This document shows, piece after piece, positions 45,977 through 54,953 of a stretch of 64,000 nt of DNA (the stretch's first letter is position 1; every line of letters starts with the position of its first letter). The stretch is from Myxococcota bacterium. Its GTDB lineage: Bacteria > Myxococcota_A > UBA9160 > UBA4427. The notes under the pieces were generated by a model. It was not told the origin of the DNA, did no database searches, and saw only the letters and a program-made list of their open reading frames with translations. The stretch lies in the NCBI GenBank assembly GCA_965250285.1, contig OZ252299.1, positions 992,001 through 1,056,000 of the forward strand, read 5' to 3'. The position numbers and the translations under genes were made by a program.

Positions 45977-46543
45977 TTGCGGTCGTCCCGGGGGCTGCGC
46001 ACACGTCGTCGACTCGTCGCCTCCGTGGTTCGAGCGGGCACGATCACGCTCTCGATGTGCGTGCTGGGGGCGATCACAGTGCCGGCGGTGCTCGCCCAGA
46101 GCGACGCTCCCTACGACGGCTACGCCTACGATCTCGCGCGCGACGTCATGAGCCCGTTCTGCCCGGGGCGAACGCTGTCGTCGTGTCCGAGCCCGCAGGC
46201 GGCCGAACTGATCCAGTGGGTGATCCTGCAGGAGCAGGCCGGCGCGACCCGAATCGAGGTCGAGGACATGCTCTACGAGCGCTACGGCGACGTGATTCGG
46301 GGCGCACCGAAGGCGGAGGGCTGGGGCCTCGCTGCGTACGTGATCCCCGGTCTCGCCGCGATCGCCGGCGTTGGGCTCGTCGTGTGGGTGCTTCGACGGC
46401 TCTCGGGCGGAGGCGGGCCTCCCACGCCGCCGGCGGGCCCGCCCGCCCGCGGGCCGACCGCGGCGCTCAGCGAAACGCGGCCGACCGCATCGGAGGACGA
46501 CGACATCGCGCGTCAGGTCGACCGGGAGCTCGAAGAATTCTGA
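45977..46543 (+). CDS. Cytochrome c biogenesis CcmH-like protein (start uncertain)
   Basis: Signal peptide, VMSPFCPGRTLSSCPSPQA, L.ERYG..I...P, TM segment AYVIPGLA. Confidence 0.72.
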   Translation: MRSSRGLRTRRRLVASVVRAGTITLSMCVLGAITVPAVLAQSDAPYDGYAYDLARDVMSPFCPGRTLSSCPSPQAAELIQWVILQEQAGATRIEVEDMLYERYGDVIRGAPKAEGWGLAAYVIPGLAAIAGVGLVVWVLRRLSGGGGPPTPPAGPPARGPTAALSETRPTASEDDDIARQVDRELEEF

Positions 46544-46589
46544 TGCCGACGTGTCCGCTCCCCGGACGCGCAGGCCGGGGTGAATCTCG

Positions 46590-47147
46590 ATGAAGGTGTA
46601 CACGAAGCGCGGCGACTCGGGCGAGACCGACCTCTTCGGCTCGGGCCGCGTGACGAAGGACGCGATGCGCGTCGAGGCCTACGGCGCCGTCGACGAGCTG
46701 AACGCGTGTCTCGGGCAGGCGATCGCGACCGGCGTTCAGCCGGAGCTCGTCGACGGACTCACGCGCATCCAGAGCGCACTCTTCGACGTGGGTTCCTTTC
46801 TCGCGACGCCGCGGGCCGACCTGCGCGAGAAGAACGGGTTGCCCGAAGTCGGGGCGAACGACGTGGCGGAGCTCGAGGCCACGATCGATCGCAGCGAAGA
46901 AGAGCTCCCGCCGCTGACCGCGTTCGTGCTACCGGGGGGATCGCCCGCCGCGGCGGCGTTCCACCTCTGTCGCACCGTCTGCCGACGCGCCGAGCGTCGC
47001 GTGGTGGCGCTCGACCGCTCAGAGCCGCTGGGCGGGCACGCCCTCGAGTACCTGAACCGGCTATCCGATCTCTTCTTCACCCTCGCGCGTCTCGAGAACC
47101 ACCGCGCCGGGGTCAAGGAGACCGAGTGGGTGGGTCGGTCGGGCTGA
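46590..47147 (+). CDS. pduO: ATP:cob(I)alamin adenosyltransferase, PduO type
   Basis: KVYTKRGDSGET, RVEAYG.VDELN, IQ..LFD.G, FVLPGG, RTVCRRAER, YLNRLSDLFF..AR. Confidence 0.95.
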   Translation: MKVYTKRGDSGETDLFGSGRVTKDAMRVEAYGAVDELNACLGQAIATGVQPELVDGLTRIQSALFDVGSFLATPRADLREKNGLPEVGANDVAELEATIDRSEEELPPLTAFVLPGGSPAAAAFHLCRTVCRRAERRVVALDRSEPLGGHALEYLNRLSDLFFTLARLENHRAGVKETEWVGRSG

Positions 47148-47279
47148 CGGCGCGGCTCCCAGGTAGCGCACGGGGCCGTCGAGCCGCTCGAGTCGCTTGC
47201 GGATCACGGTCCCGAGCAGCAGGCCGAAGACGAGCGAGCCCAGGATCGACCAGAGCAGCAGGCGGCCGAACGCCTTCAC
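47061..47279 (-). CDS. Small hypothetical membrane protein translationally coupled to meaB
   Basis: GTG start overlaps the meaB stop (GTGA); TM helix LLLWSILGSLVFGLLLGTVI followed by RKR; 3' end overlaps pduO on the opposite strand. Confidence 0.45.
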   Translation of the reverse strand: MKAFGRLLLWSILGSLVFGLLLGTVIRKRLERLDGPVRYLGAAPSARPTHPLGLLDPGAVVLETREGEEEIG

Positions 47280-48271
47280 GCCGCGCCGCCGTCGGCATGA
47301 CGCTGACCGAGGATCTCGGCACCGAGCGTCTCGGCGAGTCGCGACGGCGAGTGCTTCGCGTCGCTCTCGACCCGCGCGAGGATCGCGTCCTCGCCGCCGA
47401 GGCGCTCGAGGCCGTCGCTTCCCCAGCGTCGTTGGAGCGCGCCGAGCACGAATGAACACCGGGCTTCGCTGCGACGCGCATCGGCCCCGCCGCTCTCGAG
47501 CTGGCTCGTGCGATGGGCTTCGACCGCTTCGAAGAGCGCGTCGAGTCCGGCGTCGTCGAGCGCCGAGCACGGGAGCACCGGGGGTGTCCAGTGGCCGTCG
47601 CGCCGCTCACCGAGGCCGAGCCCGGCGATCAGCTCGCTCCGCGTCCGCTCGGCGGCGCTGCCGAGGTCGGCCTTGTTCACGACGAACACGTCGGGCCACT
47701 CGAGGATGCCGGCCTTCATGAACTGGAGCGTGTCGCCGGCGCCGGGCTGGACGACGAACACGAGGGTGTCGACGAGGCGCGAGATTTCGCTCTCGGATTG
47801 GCCGATGCCCACCGTCTCGATGAACACGCGGTCGAACACCGCCGAGAGGATTTCGACACTCGCGAACGTGGCATCGGCCAGACCGCCGAGTCGATCGCGC
47901 GCGGCCATCGAACGCAGGAACACGCCGCTCTCTCTCGCCGACGTATCGAGCCGCATGCGGTCGCCGAGCAACGCGCCGCCGCTGCGACGGCTCGACGGAT
48001 CGACCGCCACGATCCCGACGTCGAGCTCGCGGCGGCGCACCTCGCGGACGAACGCATTGACGAGCGTCGACTTGCCGGCGCCCGGCGGTCCGGTGATGCC
48101 GATCCGCCAGCCGTGCCGCCCGCGCTCGCTCGTGTGGATCGCGTCGAGCAGCTCGAGCGCCGACTCGCGCTCGACCGGGCGTCGATCGTCGACGAGGTTC
48201 AGCGCTTCGGCGACCGCACGTCGCTCACCGCGCTCGAGCCCGTCGAAGAGTCGCTTGGCGTGTTCGTTCAC
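47276..48271 (-). CDS. meaB: Acyl-CoA mutase-associated GTPase MeaB/ArgK
   Basis: GITGPPGAGKST, AVDPSS..SGGALLGDRMR, RSMA.R..LGGL, ETVGIGQSE, GD.LQ.MKAGILE, VVNKAD. Confidence 0.95.
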   Translation of the reverse strand: MNEHAKRLFDGLERGERRAVAEALNLVDDRRPVERESALELLDAIHTSERGRHGWRIGITGPPGAGKSTLVNAFVREVRRRELDVGIVAVDPSSRRSGGALLGDRMRLDTSARESGVFLRSMAARDRLGGLADATFASVEILSAVFDRVFIETVGIGQSESEISRLVDTLVFVVQPGAGDTLQFMKAGILEWPDVFVVNKADLGSAAERTRSELIAGLGLGERRDGHWTPPVLPCSALDDAGLDALFEAVEAHRTSQLESGGADARRSEARCSFVLGALQRRWGSDGLERLGGEDAILARVESDAKHSPSRLAETLGAEILGQRHADGGAA

Positions 48272-48306
48272 GTACCGGGCTCGACGAGGGGGGCGGGTTC
48301 AGTCAC

Positions 48307-50283
48307 TCAGAGGGCCTCGCCGGACACGATGTCGACGATGTCGCTCATGATCGCCGTGAGGTCGAAGTCCTTCGGCGTGTAGACCCGTCGCACGCCCGCC
48401 TCCTCGAGCTTCGCCGCGTCCTCGTCGGGGATGATGCCCCCGACCACGAGCGGAACGTCGCCCAGGCCCTCCTTGCGAAGCGCGTCGATGACATCGACGA
48501 CGAGCACCCCATGCGAGCCCGACAGAATCGACAGGCCGATCACGTGCACGCCCTCGTCCCGCGCCGACTGGACGATCTCATCGGGCGTCAGGCGGATGCC
48601 GTCGTACACCACCTCCATGCCGACGTCGCGGGCCTTCACGGCGATCTGCTCGGCGCCGTTGCTGTGCCCATCGAGGCCCGGCTTGCCGACGAGGATCTTG
48701 ACCCGACGGCCGAGCTTCTCGCTCGCCTGATCGACCCGCGCACGAACGGCATCGACGCTCTCGCTCGAGCTCGAGAGATCGACCGCCGAAACGCCGGTCG
48801 GGGCGCGGTATTCGCCGAAGAGCCGGCGCAGGGTGTCGGCCCACTCGCCGGTGGTGACGCCTGCTTTCGCGCACCCGATCGAGGCGGGCATGATCGACGT
48901 ACCGCCATTGATCGCGTCTTCGAGGTTCTGGAGCGCAGCCTGGACGTCGGCGTCGTTTCGCTTCGAGCGGAAGGCCCGCAGCCGTTCGATCTGATCGCGC
49001 TCGGCCGAGTCGTCGACCTTGAGGATCGAACCCTCGCCTTCGGCGGTCAGCGGCGACTCGACGGTCTCCTGATAGCAGTTCACGCCGACCACCTGAAGCT
49101 CACCGCTCTCGATCTCGCGCATGCGCCGCGTGTGCGACTCGACCAGCGCCTGCTTCATGTAGGCGTTCTCGACTGCGGCCACCGCGCCCCCCATGCCCAG
49201 GATCTTCTCGAGCTCTTCGGTCGCCTGCTGCTCGAGCTCGGCCGTGCGGCCCTCGACGACGTGCGACCCGTCGAAGATGTCGCCGTACTCGAGCAGGTCG
49301 GTCTCGTAGGCCATGATCTGCTGCGTGCGCAGCGAGAGCTGCTGATCCCAGGGGCGGGGCAGACCGAGCGCCTCGTTCCAGGCGGGCAGCTGCAGCGAGC
49401 GCGTGCGGGCGCGCTTGCTGAGCGTGACGCCCAGGGCCTCGAGCGCGATCCGCACGATGTTGTTCTCGGGCTGGCTCTCGGTGAGGCCGAGGCTGTTGAC
49501 CTGCACGCCGTAGCGGAAGCGCAGCATCTTCGCGTCGTCGATGCCGTAGCGCTCGCGTCCGATCTTCTCCCACATCGAGTTCATCGCGCGGCACTTGCAA
49601 ATCTCTTCGACGAAGCGGATGCCCGCGTTCAAGAAGAACGAGATGCGGCCGAACACGTTGCCGATGATCTCGTCCGGCACGTCGTCGCGGGCCTTCACGG
49701 CGTCGAGCACGCTCACCGCGTTGGCCATCGCGAACGCGATCTCCTGCACCGGCGTCGCGCCAGCCTCCTGCAGGTGATACGAGCAGACGTTCATCGGGTT
49801 CCACTTGGGGATCTCGTTCACCGTGTAGGCGACGATCTCGGAGGTGAGGCGCATCGAAGCCTGCGGCGGGAAGACGTACGTGCCCCGCGACAGATACTCC
49901 TTGATGATGTCGTTCTGGGTCGTGCCGGCGAGCTCGCTCTGGGCGACGCCCTGACGCTCGGCCGTCGCGACGTAGAGCGCGAGCAGCCAGGCCGCCGTCG
50001 CGTTGATCGTCATCGACGTGTTCATCTGGCCGAGCGGGATCTGGTCGAAGAGCGTCTCCATGTCGTCGATCGAGCACACGGGGACGCCGACCTTGCCGAC
50101 TTCGCCCCGGGCCAGCGGGTGATCGGCGTCGTAGCCGGTCTGTGTCGGCAGATCGAACGCCACCGAGAGACCGGTCTGCCCCTTGGCGAGGTTGCTGCGA
50201 TACAGCTCGTTGCTGGCGCGGGCGGAGGAGTGGCCGGAGTACGTGCGGATCAGCCAGGGGCGGTCGCGTCCTTCGCGGGTCAT
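48307..50283 (-). CDS. ecm: B12-dependent acyl-CoA mutase of the MeaA/ethylmalonyl-CoA mutase type
   Basis: RPWLIRTYSGHSSA..SN.LYR.NLAKGQTGLSVAFDLPTQTGYD, FRYGVQVNSLGLTE.QPENN, B12 motif KPGLDGHSNGAEQIA (characteristic of MeaA/Ecm rather than MutB). Confidence 0.88.
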   Translation of the reverse strand: MTREGRDRPWLIRTYSGHSSARASNELYRSNLAKGQTGLSVAFDLPTQTGYDADHPLARGEVGKVGVPVCSIDDMETLFDQIPLGQMNTSMTINATAAWLLALYVATAERQGVAQSELAGTTQNDIIKEYLSRGTYVFPPQASMRLTSEIVAYTVNEIPKWNPMNVCSYHLQEAGATPVQEIAFAMANAVSVLDAVKARDDVPDEIIGNVFGRISFFLNAGIRFVEEICKCRAMNSMWEKIGRERYGIDDAKMLRFRYGVQVNSLGLTESQPENNIVRIALEALGVTLSKRARTRSLQLPAWNEALGLPRPWDQQLSLRTQQIMAYETDLLEYGDIFDGSHVVEGRTAELEQQATEELEKILGMGGAVAAVENAYMKQALVESHTRRMREIESGELQVVGVNCYQETVESPLTAEGEGSILKVDDSAERDQIERLRAFRSKRNDADVQAALQNLEDAINGGTSIMPASIGCAKAGVTTGEWADTLRRLFGEYRAPTGVSAVDLSSSSESVDAVRARVDQASEKLGRRVKILVGKPGLDGHSNGAEQIAVKARDVGMEVVYDGIRLTPDEIVQSARDEGVHVIGLSILSGSHGVLVVDVIDALRKEGLGDVPLVVGGIIPDEDAAKLEEAGVRRVYTPKDFDLTAIMSDIVDIVSGEAL

Positions 50284-50492
50284 CGGGGTCTCGCTTCTCT
50301 GTTCAGGGGGCGTGTTTGACGGGGTCGGTGGCTGCGCTCGACCCGAGCCGGGCGGGGTCGGCACGGGCGGATTCAGGCGGCTTGCGCCGCGGCTCGAAGC
50401 CGGCCGGGGGCCCGCCGCAAGTCGCCGTGGAAATTACCGAAATTGGCCCTCCTGAACAATTCGGCCCGGATCGCTGGGGTACCCTGCCGATC

Positions 50493-51542
50493 ATGTCGAT
50501 CGTGGACGACTTCTACGCCCTCTCCCCCGACTCGGTGCTCGAGGCGGTGGAGGGAGCGGGGCTCCCCACCACGGGCCACTGCTTCGCGCTGAACGCGCTC
50601 GAGAACCGCGTGTACGACGTGCGGCTCGAGGACGAGCGCCACGTCGTCGTCAAGTTCTATCGCCCTGAGCGCTGGAGCGCGGCCGCCATCGGCGAGGAGC
50701 ACGCGATGCTCCACGCGCTCGAAGCCGCCGAGATTCCCGTCTGCGTGCCCCTCCGCTTCGACGATGGCTCGACGCTCCGATCGCTGCGGGGCATCCACTT
50801 TGCGATCTGGCCGCGCACGGGAGGGCGTTCGCCCGATGAGTTCTCGGACGACGAGCTCGCCCTGCTCGGGCGCCTGCTCGCGCGGATCCACGACACCGCC
50901 GACGGGCTGAAGCTCGAGCACCGCCCCGTGCTCGACCCCGAGTCGGTCCCGCTGCGAGCGCTCGAGGCGCTCGATGCCGGCGGGTTCTTGCCGCCCTCGG
51001 TCGACGCGCGGTACCACACGCTCGTCGAGTCGATCGTCGCGATCTATCGCGAGCGCGCGAACGGTGTGCCGCTGCAACCGATCCACGGCGACTGTCACGC
51101 CGGCAACCTGCTGCGCGATCGCGACCGCTGGTTCTTCCTCGATTTCGACGACATGGTGGTCGGCCCCGCCGTCCAGGACGTCTGGATGCTGCTCCCCGGT
51201 CGTGACTCGGAAGCCGCGAGGCAGCGCGCGCATCTCGTCGATGCCTATCGCGCCTTCCGTCCCTTCGACGATCGGTGGTTCGATCTCATCGAGCCGCTGC
51301 GCGCCTTCCGCTACGTCTTCTACGCCGGCTGGATCGCGCGTCGATGGGACGACCCGTGCTTCCCCGACGCCTTCCCGCACTTCGGGACCGAGGACTACTG
51401 GGTGCGAGAGACCCAGGATCTCGAAGATCAGCTGCACGTGATCGAAGGCGGGCGGCTTCCGATGCCGGACGACGACGAGTCGACGCCGAGCGAGGGTGAA
51501 GAGCGCGAACTCACCAACGCCGACTTCTTCTGGGATCTGTGA
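50493..51542 (+). CDS. srkA: Stress response Ser/Thr kinase SrkA (RdoA/YihE)
   Basis: ALNALENRVY, KFYRPERWS..AI.EEH, LGRLLARIH, IHGDCH.GN, DFDD...GPAVQD.WMLL, IARRWDDP.FP..FP.F. Confidence 0.93.
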   Translation: MSIVDDFYALSPDSVLEAVEGAGLPTTGHCFALNALENRVYDVRLEDERHVVVKFYRPERWSAAAIGEEHAMLHALEAAEIPVCVPLRFDDGSTLRSLRGIHFAIWPRTGGRSPDEFSDDELALLGRLLARIHDTADGLKLEHRPVLDPESVPLRALEALDAGGFLPPSVDARYHTLVESIVAIYRERANGVPLQPIHGDCHAGNLLRDRDRWFFLDFDDMVVGPAVQDVWMLLPGRDSEAARQRAHLVDAYRAFRPFDDRWFDLIEPLRAFRYVFYAGWIARRWDDPCFPDAFPHFGTEDYWVRETQDLEDQLHVIEGGRLPMPDDDESTPSEGEERELTNADFFWDL

Positions 51543-51569
51543 GGCGAAGCCCGTCGCGGCAAGCCGACG

Positions 51570-53222
51570 CTATTCGATCGTCAGCGCGCTCGGCAGAAAG
51601 CTGGTCTGCCCGTCCGGGTTCACCAGCGTCACGTCGTACACGCCCGGCACCACCTGGCCCTTGATGATCGCGGCCGTGATCTCCGTGTCGTCGACGAACT
51701 GCTCGCCGATCGCCTCGTAGGTGAAGCCCGGGTTCGAGAGCGTGATGTCGGGGGTCGGCTCGAAGCCGGCGCCGAAGAGCCGAATCGTCTGGAAGGCGGC
51801 CGTCACGCTCGGCGGGTCGAGCGCGTCGAGCGTCGGCGGCGGGAGGATCGCGGTGACCTCGGCAGCCAGTACGACGCGGTCTCGGAGATACGCGTGGTTC
51901 AGCGGTCGGAACTCGGCCGGCGCGTGTCCCGACATCGCGGTCAGCTCAGCGAACGAGAACTGACCGCCGTGGTTCATGAGCCATGTTTCGCTCGGCGGCG
52001 AACCGTCGGGCATCTCGTTGTGGGCGTAGCGTGCACCGGCGTCGCCGCCGTAGAGGCCCACGCCGGGCGCGCTCTCGGGCACGAGGCCGAGCGCGTGCCC
52101 CGCCTCGTGCGCCAGGACCGTGCCCATGGCCTGGGAGAACGAGCGGACGGCGTCGCTCACCTGCACGTGGCGGGCGAGGGCGGCCGGCGAAGCTGGCGTC
52201 ACTGCGGGGTCGAACGTCGGATCGAGCACCTGGGCATCGTCGGCGTGCATCCCCACCGGTGTGCCGCCCGCGGCGGGCCGAAGTGGGTCGATCGTGGTCT
52301 GGAACTCGGCCTGCCCGGCGTACATCACGATCTCGCGCGGATACACGCCGGTCGGCGGGATCGTCCCGCATTCGGCCATGGCGCGCTGTGCGTTGTTCCG
52401 GTCGAGGAGCACGTTCCCGAGCGTGTTGCCCCCGGTCGGATCCTCGCCCCCGACGCAGATGCGCGTCGTGTCCGGCAAGCCGAGGTCGGTGGCGGAGAAG
52501 CCGACCGCGATCGGGTCGGGGCCTTCGATGCGGGCCGGATTCGAGCCGGCATAGACCTCGCGGACGCGTTCGAGGATGTCAGTGATGATCCAGTTGCGGA
52601 CGGCCGCGTTCATCCACGCCGGTGCGGTGTTGGAGGCGAAGCCCAGCAGCTCGAGGTCGACGTCGAAATCGGCCCCCGGCGTCGCGTCGCGGTCGACGTC
52701 GAAGTCGAACCAGATCTGCTGGCCTGTGCCAATCGGCACGATGCCGTGCTCGAAGTCGCGCACGACGAATGAGTACCGGGCTTGCGCCGACTTGCCCTCC
52801 ACGTCGTTCAAGGTCGCGTAGACGGTGTGGCTGCCTTCGGACAGGGCGCGCTGCTCGGGCACGATCAGCCAGGCCCCGTCGGGCCCGTCGACGAAATCGC
52901 GCAGGATCTCGACTCCGCCGCTCCAGCCGGCCAGCGTGACCGAGAGGCTGTCGGGATCGATCGGGGCGTCCGTCTGGTCCCAGTCGACGTTGACGACGAA
53001 CCCGCTCGGCGGAACGATGAGCGTCGCGTTCGTCTCGTCCGAGATGCCGTTCAGCGTCACGCGCACGATCGGCGGGTTCGAGCCCGAACCCGCGCCCGGA
53101 TCGGAGCCGTCCGGCGGGACGCAGGTCGGTCCGAGGATCGCGAAGAAGGGCAGGGTCAGGGCCGCGAGCAGAAGTCTGAGGGCACTTGACTGACGCGTTC
53201 GAGCCGCATCGGCCGTCTGCAC
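51570..53222 (-). CDS. Exported/lipoprotein with zincin-like metallopeptidase motif and C-terminal IPT/TIG-like domain
   Basis: Signal ending ILGPT-C; HEAGHALGL; Met-turn-like TWLMN; tail PTL...DP...I.L.G.GF..V.PG.YDVT.VNPDGQ. GTG 53222 chosen as start. Confidence 0.7.
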   Translation of the reverse strand: MQTADAARTRQSSALRLLLAALTLPFFAILGPTCVPPDGSDPGAGSGSNPPIVRVTLNGISDETNATLIVPPSGFVVNVDWDQTDAPIDPDSLSVTLAGWSGGVEILRDFVDGPDGAWLIVPEQRALSEGSHTVYATLNDVEGKSAQARYSFVVRDFEHGIVPIGTGQQIWFDFDVDRDATPGADFDVDLELLGFASNTAPAWMNAAVRNWIITDILERVREVYAGSNPARIEGPDPIAVGFSATDLGLPDTTRICVGGEDPTGGNTLGNVLLDRNNAQRAMAECGTIPPTGVYPREIVMYAGQAEFQTTIDPLRPAAGGTPVGMHADDAQVLDPTFDPAVTPASPAALARHVQVSDAVRSFSQAMGTVLAHEAGHALGLVPESAPGVGLYGGDAGARYAHNEMPDGSPPSETWLMNHGGQFSFAELTAMSGHAPAEFRPLNHAYLRDRVVLAAEVTAILPPPTLDALDPPSVTAAFQTIRLFGAGFEPTPDITLSNPGFTYEAIGEQFVDDTEITAAIIKGQVVPGVYDVTLVNPDGQTSFLPSALTIE

Positions 53223-53274
53223 GGTGATCTCCGGGGGGCGCGGGCGAGCGCCGGGGGGTGACGCCCTGATGCTG

Positions 53275-53490
53275 CGCACGCGCGCTCGTCGAGTCAAGGT
53301 GATCAAGCCATGACCGAGCAGCATGGCGGTGCCGGGCACCGGGATCGAGATGAGGGTGCCGATGGTCGGGCCGGAGACGTCGTGCAGCTCGACCGGGGCG
53401 CCTCGTTCGCGAACGACGGGCAGGTCGCGACGGTCGAACACACGGGCCCGCGCAGACCATCGTGAGGGCGACCGCTCTCGTGGCCACGCC
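53275..53490 (-). pseudogene. Decayed remnant of a PEP-CTERM-sorted protein gene
   Basis: Translates IPVPGTAMLLGHGLITLTRRARVR versus the consensus VPEPxTxxLLxxGL...RRR; a signal-like MATRAVALTMVC lies upstream in a different frame. Confidence 0.45.
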
Positions 53491-53611
53491 TCACCCGCGG
53501 ACAGGCTCGATCATCCGCGCTTCTTCTCGTGCTCCCGCGTAGGACCGATCCGCGGCGGCCATACCGCGGAAGAACCGAAGGCTCGTTCGCCTGGAGCGGA
53601 CAGGGAGACGC

Positions 53612-54826
53612 CTACGGGTCGTTCGGGTCGGGCTCGTCCGGGTCGGGTGCCGCCCAGATCCGTGAGAGCAGCTCGCTCGATGCGTGGGCGGGGCCGAGGG
53701 CCGGGGCACGCTCGCCCGCGAGCGGCAGCTGGGCCACGCCGAGCGCGTCGCCCGTCTCGTCGAGCACGACATAGACCCCCTCGCCGACGAGCGCACGCCG
53801 GGCCTCGCCCTCGATCTCGAGCGTTCGGCCCGCCTCTCCGGCTCGCCGCTCGCGGAAGGGCAGCGGTCGACCGGGTAGGGTCTCGGCCGCGTCGACCAGG
53901 CCGATCGCGCGCAGCAGGGTGGGGGCGACATCGATCTGGCTCACGGGCGTGCGAATCACGCGCGAGACGCCGCGCCCGCTCCCGACCCGTGGTGGCCGCC
54001 ACAGCATCGGAACCCGCGTCCCTACTGGCTCGAGGTCGAGCGCTGCGTCGCGTGCGGGCAGGCCGGTCACGAGGATCGCCGGCGGGTCGGCTCGGGCGTC
54101 GAGCACGGCGATCAACCGCGCGAGCTCGCGGTCGACGCGGGCGAGGCGCTCGGCGCTCGAAGGCGGCGCGGCGCCGCTCGCCGGCTCGGCCTCGCCCAGG
54201 TGGACCCAGGCGAGAAAGGGGGAGGGCGCGACCGCCAGCCACTGCGCGGCTCGGTGGGCCGTCGTCGAGGCCGGCCCCGACGGATCGAGCGGCGGCGGCG
54301 AGCTCGGTTCGACGGAGGAGGGCCGGGGCGCGCCGCCGTCGTCGAAGCGGTCGAAGCCCTGATCGAAGTGGCGTGAGCGGTTGAGGGCGGGGTTGGTCAC
54401 GAACGCGGCGCTCGCGTAGCCCGCACGCTGCGCGTGCTCGGCGAGCGTCTCGCCGTCGTTACGCAGGAAGCTCGCCGCCGAAGCGTCGACGCCATGGGAT
54501 TCGGGCGGGAGTCCCGTCAGCAGCGTGGCCATCGCGGGTTCGGGCGCACCCGAGGCGGCGAAGGCCCAGACGAATCGGCTGCCGTAGTCGCCGACGGAGC
54601 AGAGGTCGCGACCCACGTCTTCGGCGCCGCCGTGGCAGGCCAACGCCTCGACCGGCACGTCGCCGAGGGTGATCAGGACGAGATCCGGTCGCGCGATCTC
54701 GCTGCCGGAGCAGGCCAGCTGAGACAGTGCGAGCAGCGCGCCGAGCCAGGCCGCGGCGACGCGTCCGCGTGCGGATGTACGCGCACGCTCCGAGCGGCCT
54801 GCCTGGCGATCGCCGTCGCGGTGCAT
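53612..54826 (-). CDS. Sulfatase/alkaline-phosphatase-fold lipoprotein with degenerate active site
   Basis: Lipobox-like QLA-C; PDLVLITL, ATLLTG..P.SHGV, TLAE....GY.SAAFV.N, F.QGFD.F, FLAWVHL, RVPML, VSQIDVAPTLL. Confidence 0.75.
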   Translation of the reverse strand: MHRDGDRQAGRSERARTSARGRVAAAWLGALLALSQLACSGSEIARPDLVLITLGDVPVEALACHGGAEDVGRDLCSVGDYGSRFVWAFAASGAPEPAMATLLTGLPPESHGVDASAASFLRNDGETLAEHAQRAGYASAAFVTNPALNRSRHFDQGFDRFDDGGAPRPSSVEPSSPPPLDPSGPASTTAHRAAQWLAVAPSPFLAWVHLGEAEPASGAAPPSSAERLARVDRELARLIAVLDARADPPAILVTGLPARDAALDLEPVGTRVPMLWRPPRVGSGRGVSRVIRTPVSQIDVAPTLLRAIGLVDAAETLPGRPLPFRERRAGEAGRTLEIEGEARRALVGEGVYVVLDETGDALGVAQLPLAGERAPALGPAHASSELLSRIWAAPDPDEPDPNDP

Positions 54827-54953
54827 GCCGCAGGGTGTAGCGAATCGCTTCGCCCCAGGCGGTCCGCGCACCGCGGCGAGCTCGGTTCGGGCGTGCGCTA
54901 ACCTCCGCCGCTCCTCGCGCCCCGGGGACCCACCCCACTCAGAGGCTTCGACC

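Noticed and set aside
50284..50492. Cobalamin riboswitch upstream of the B12-dependent mutase
   Set aside because: I could not find the conserved B12-box or GGGAA...GCCACTG elements by eye; an Infernal search with the Rfam cobalamin models would be decisive.
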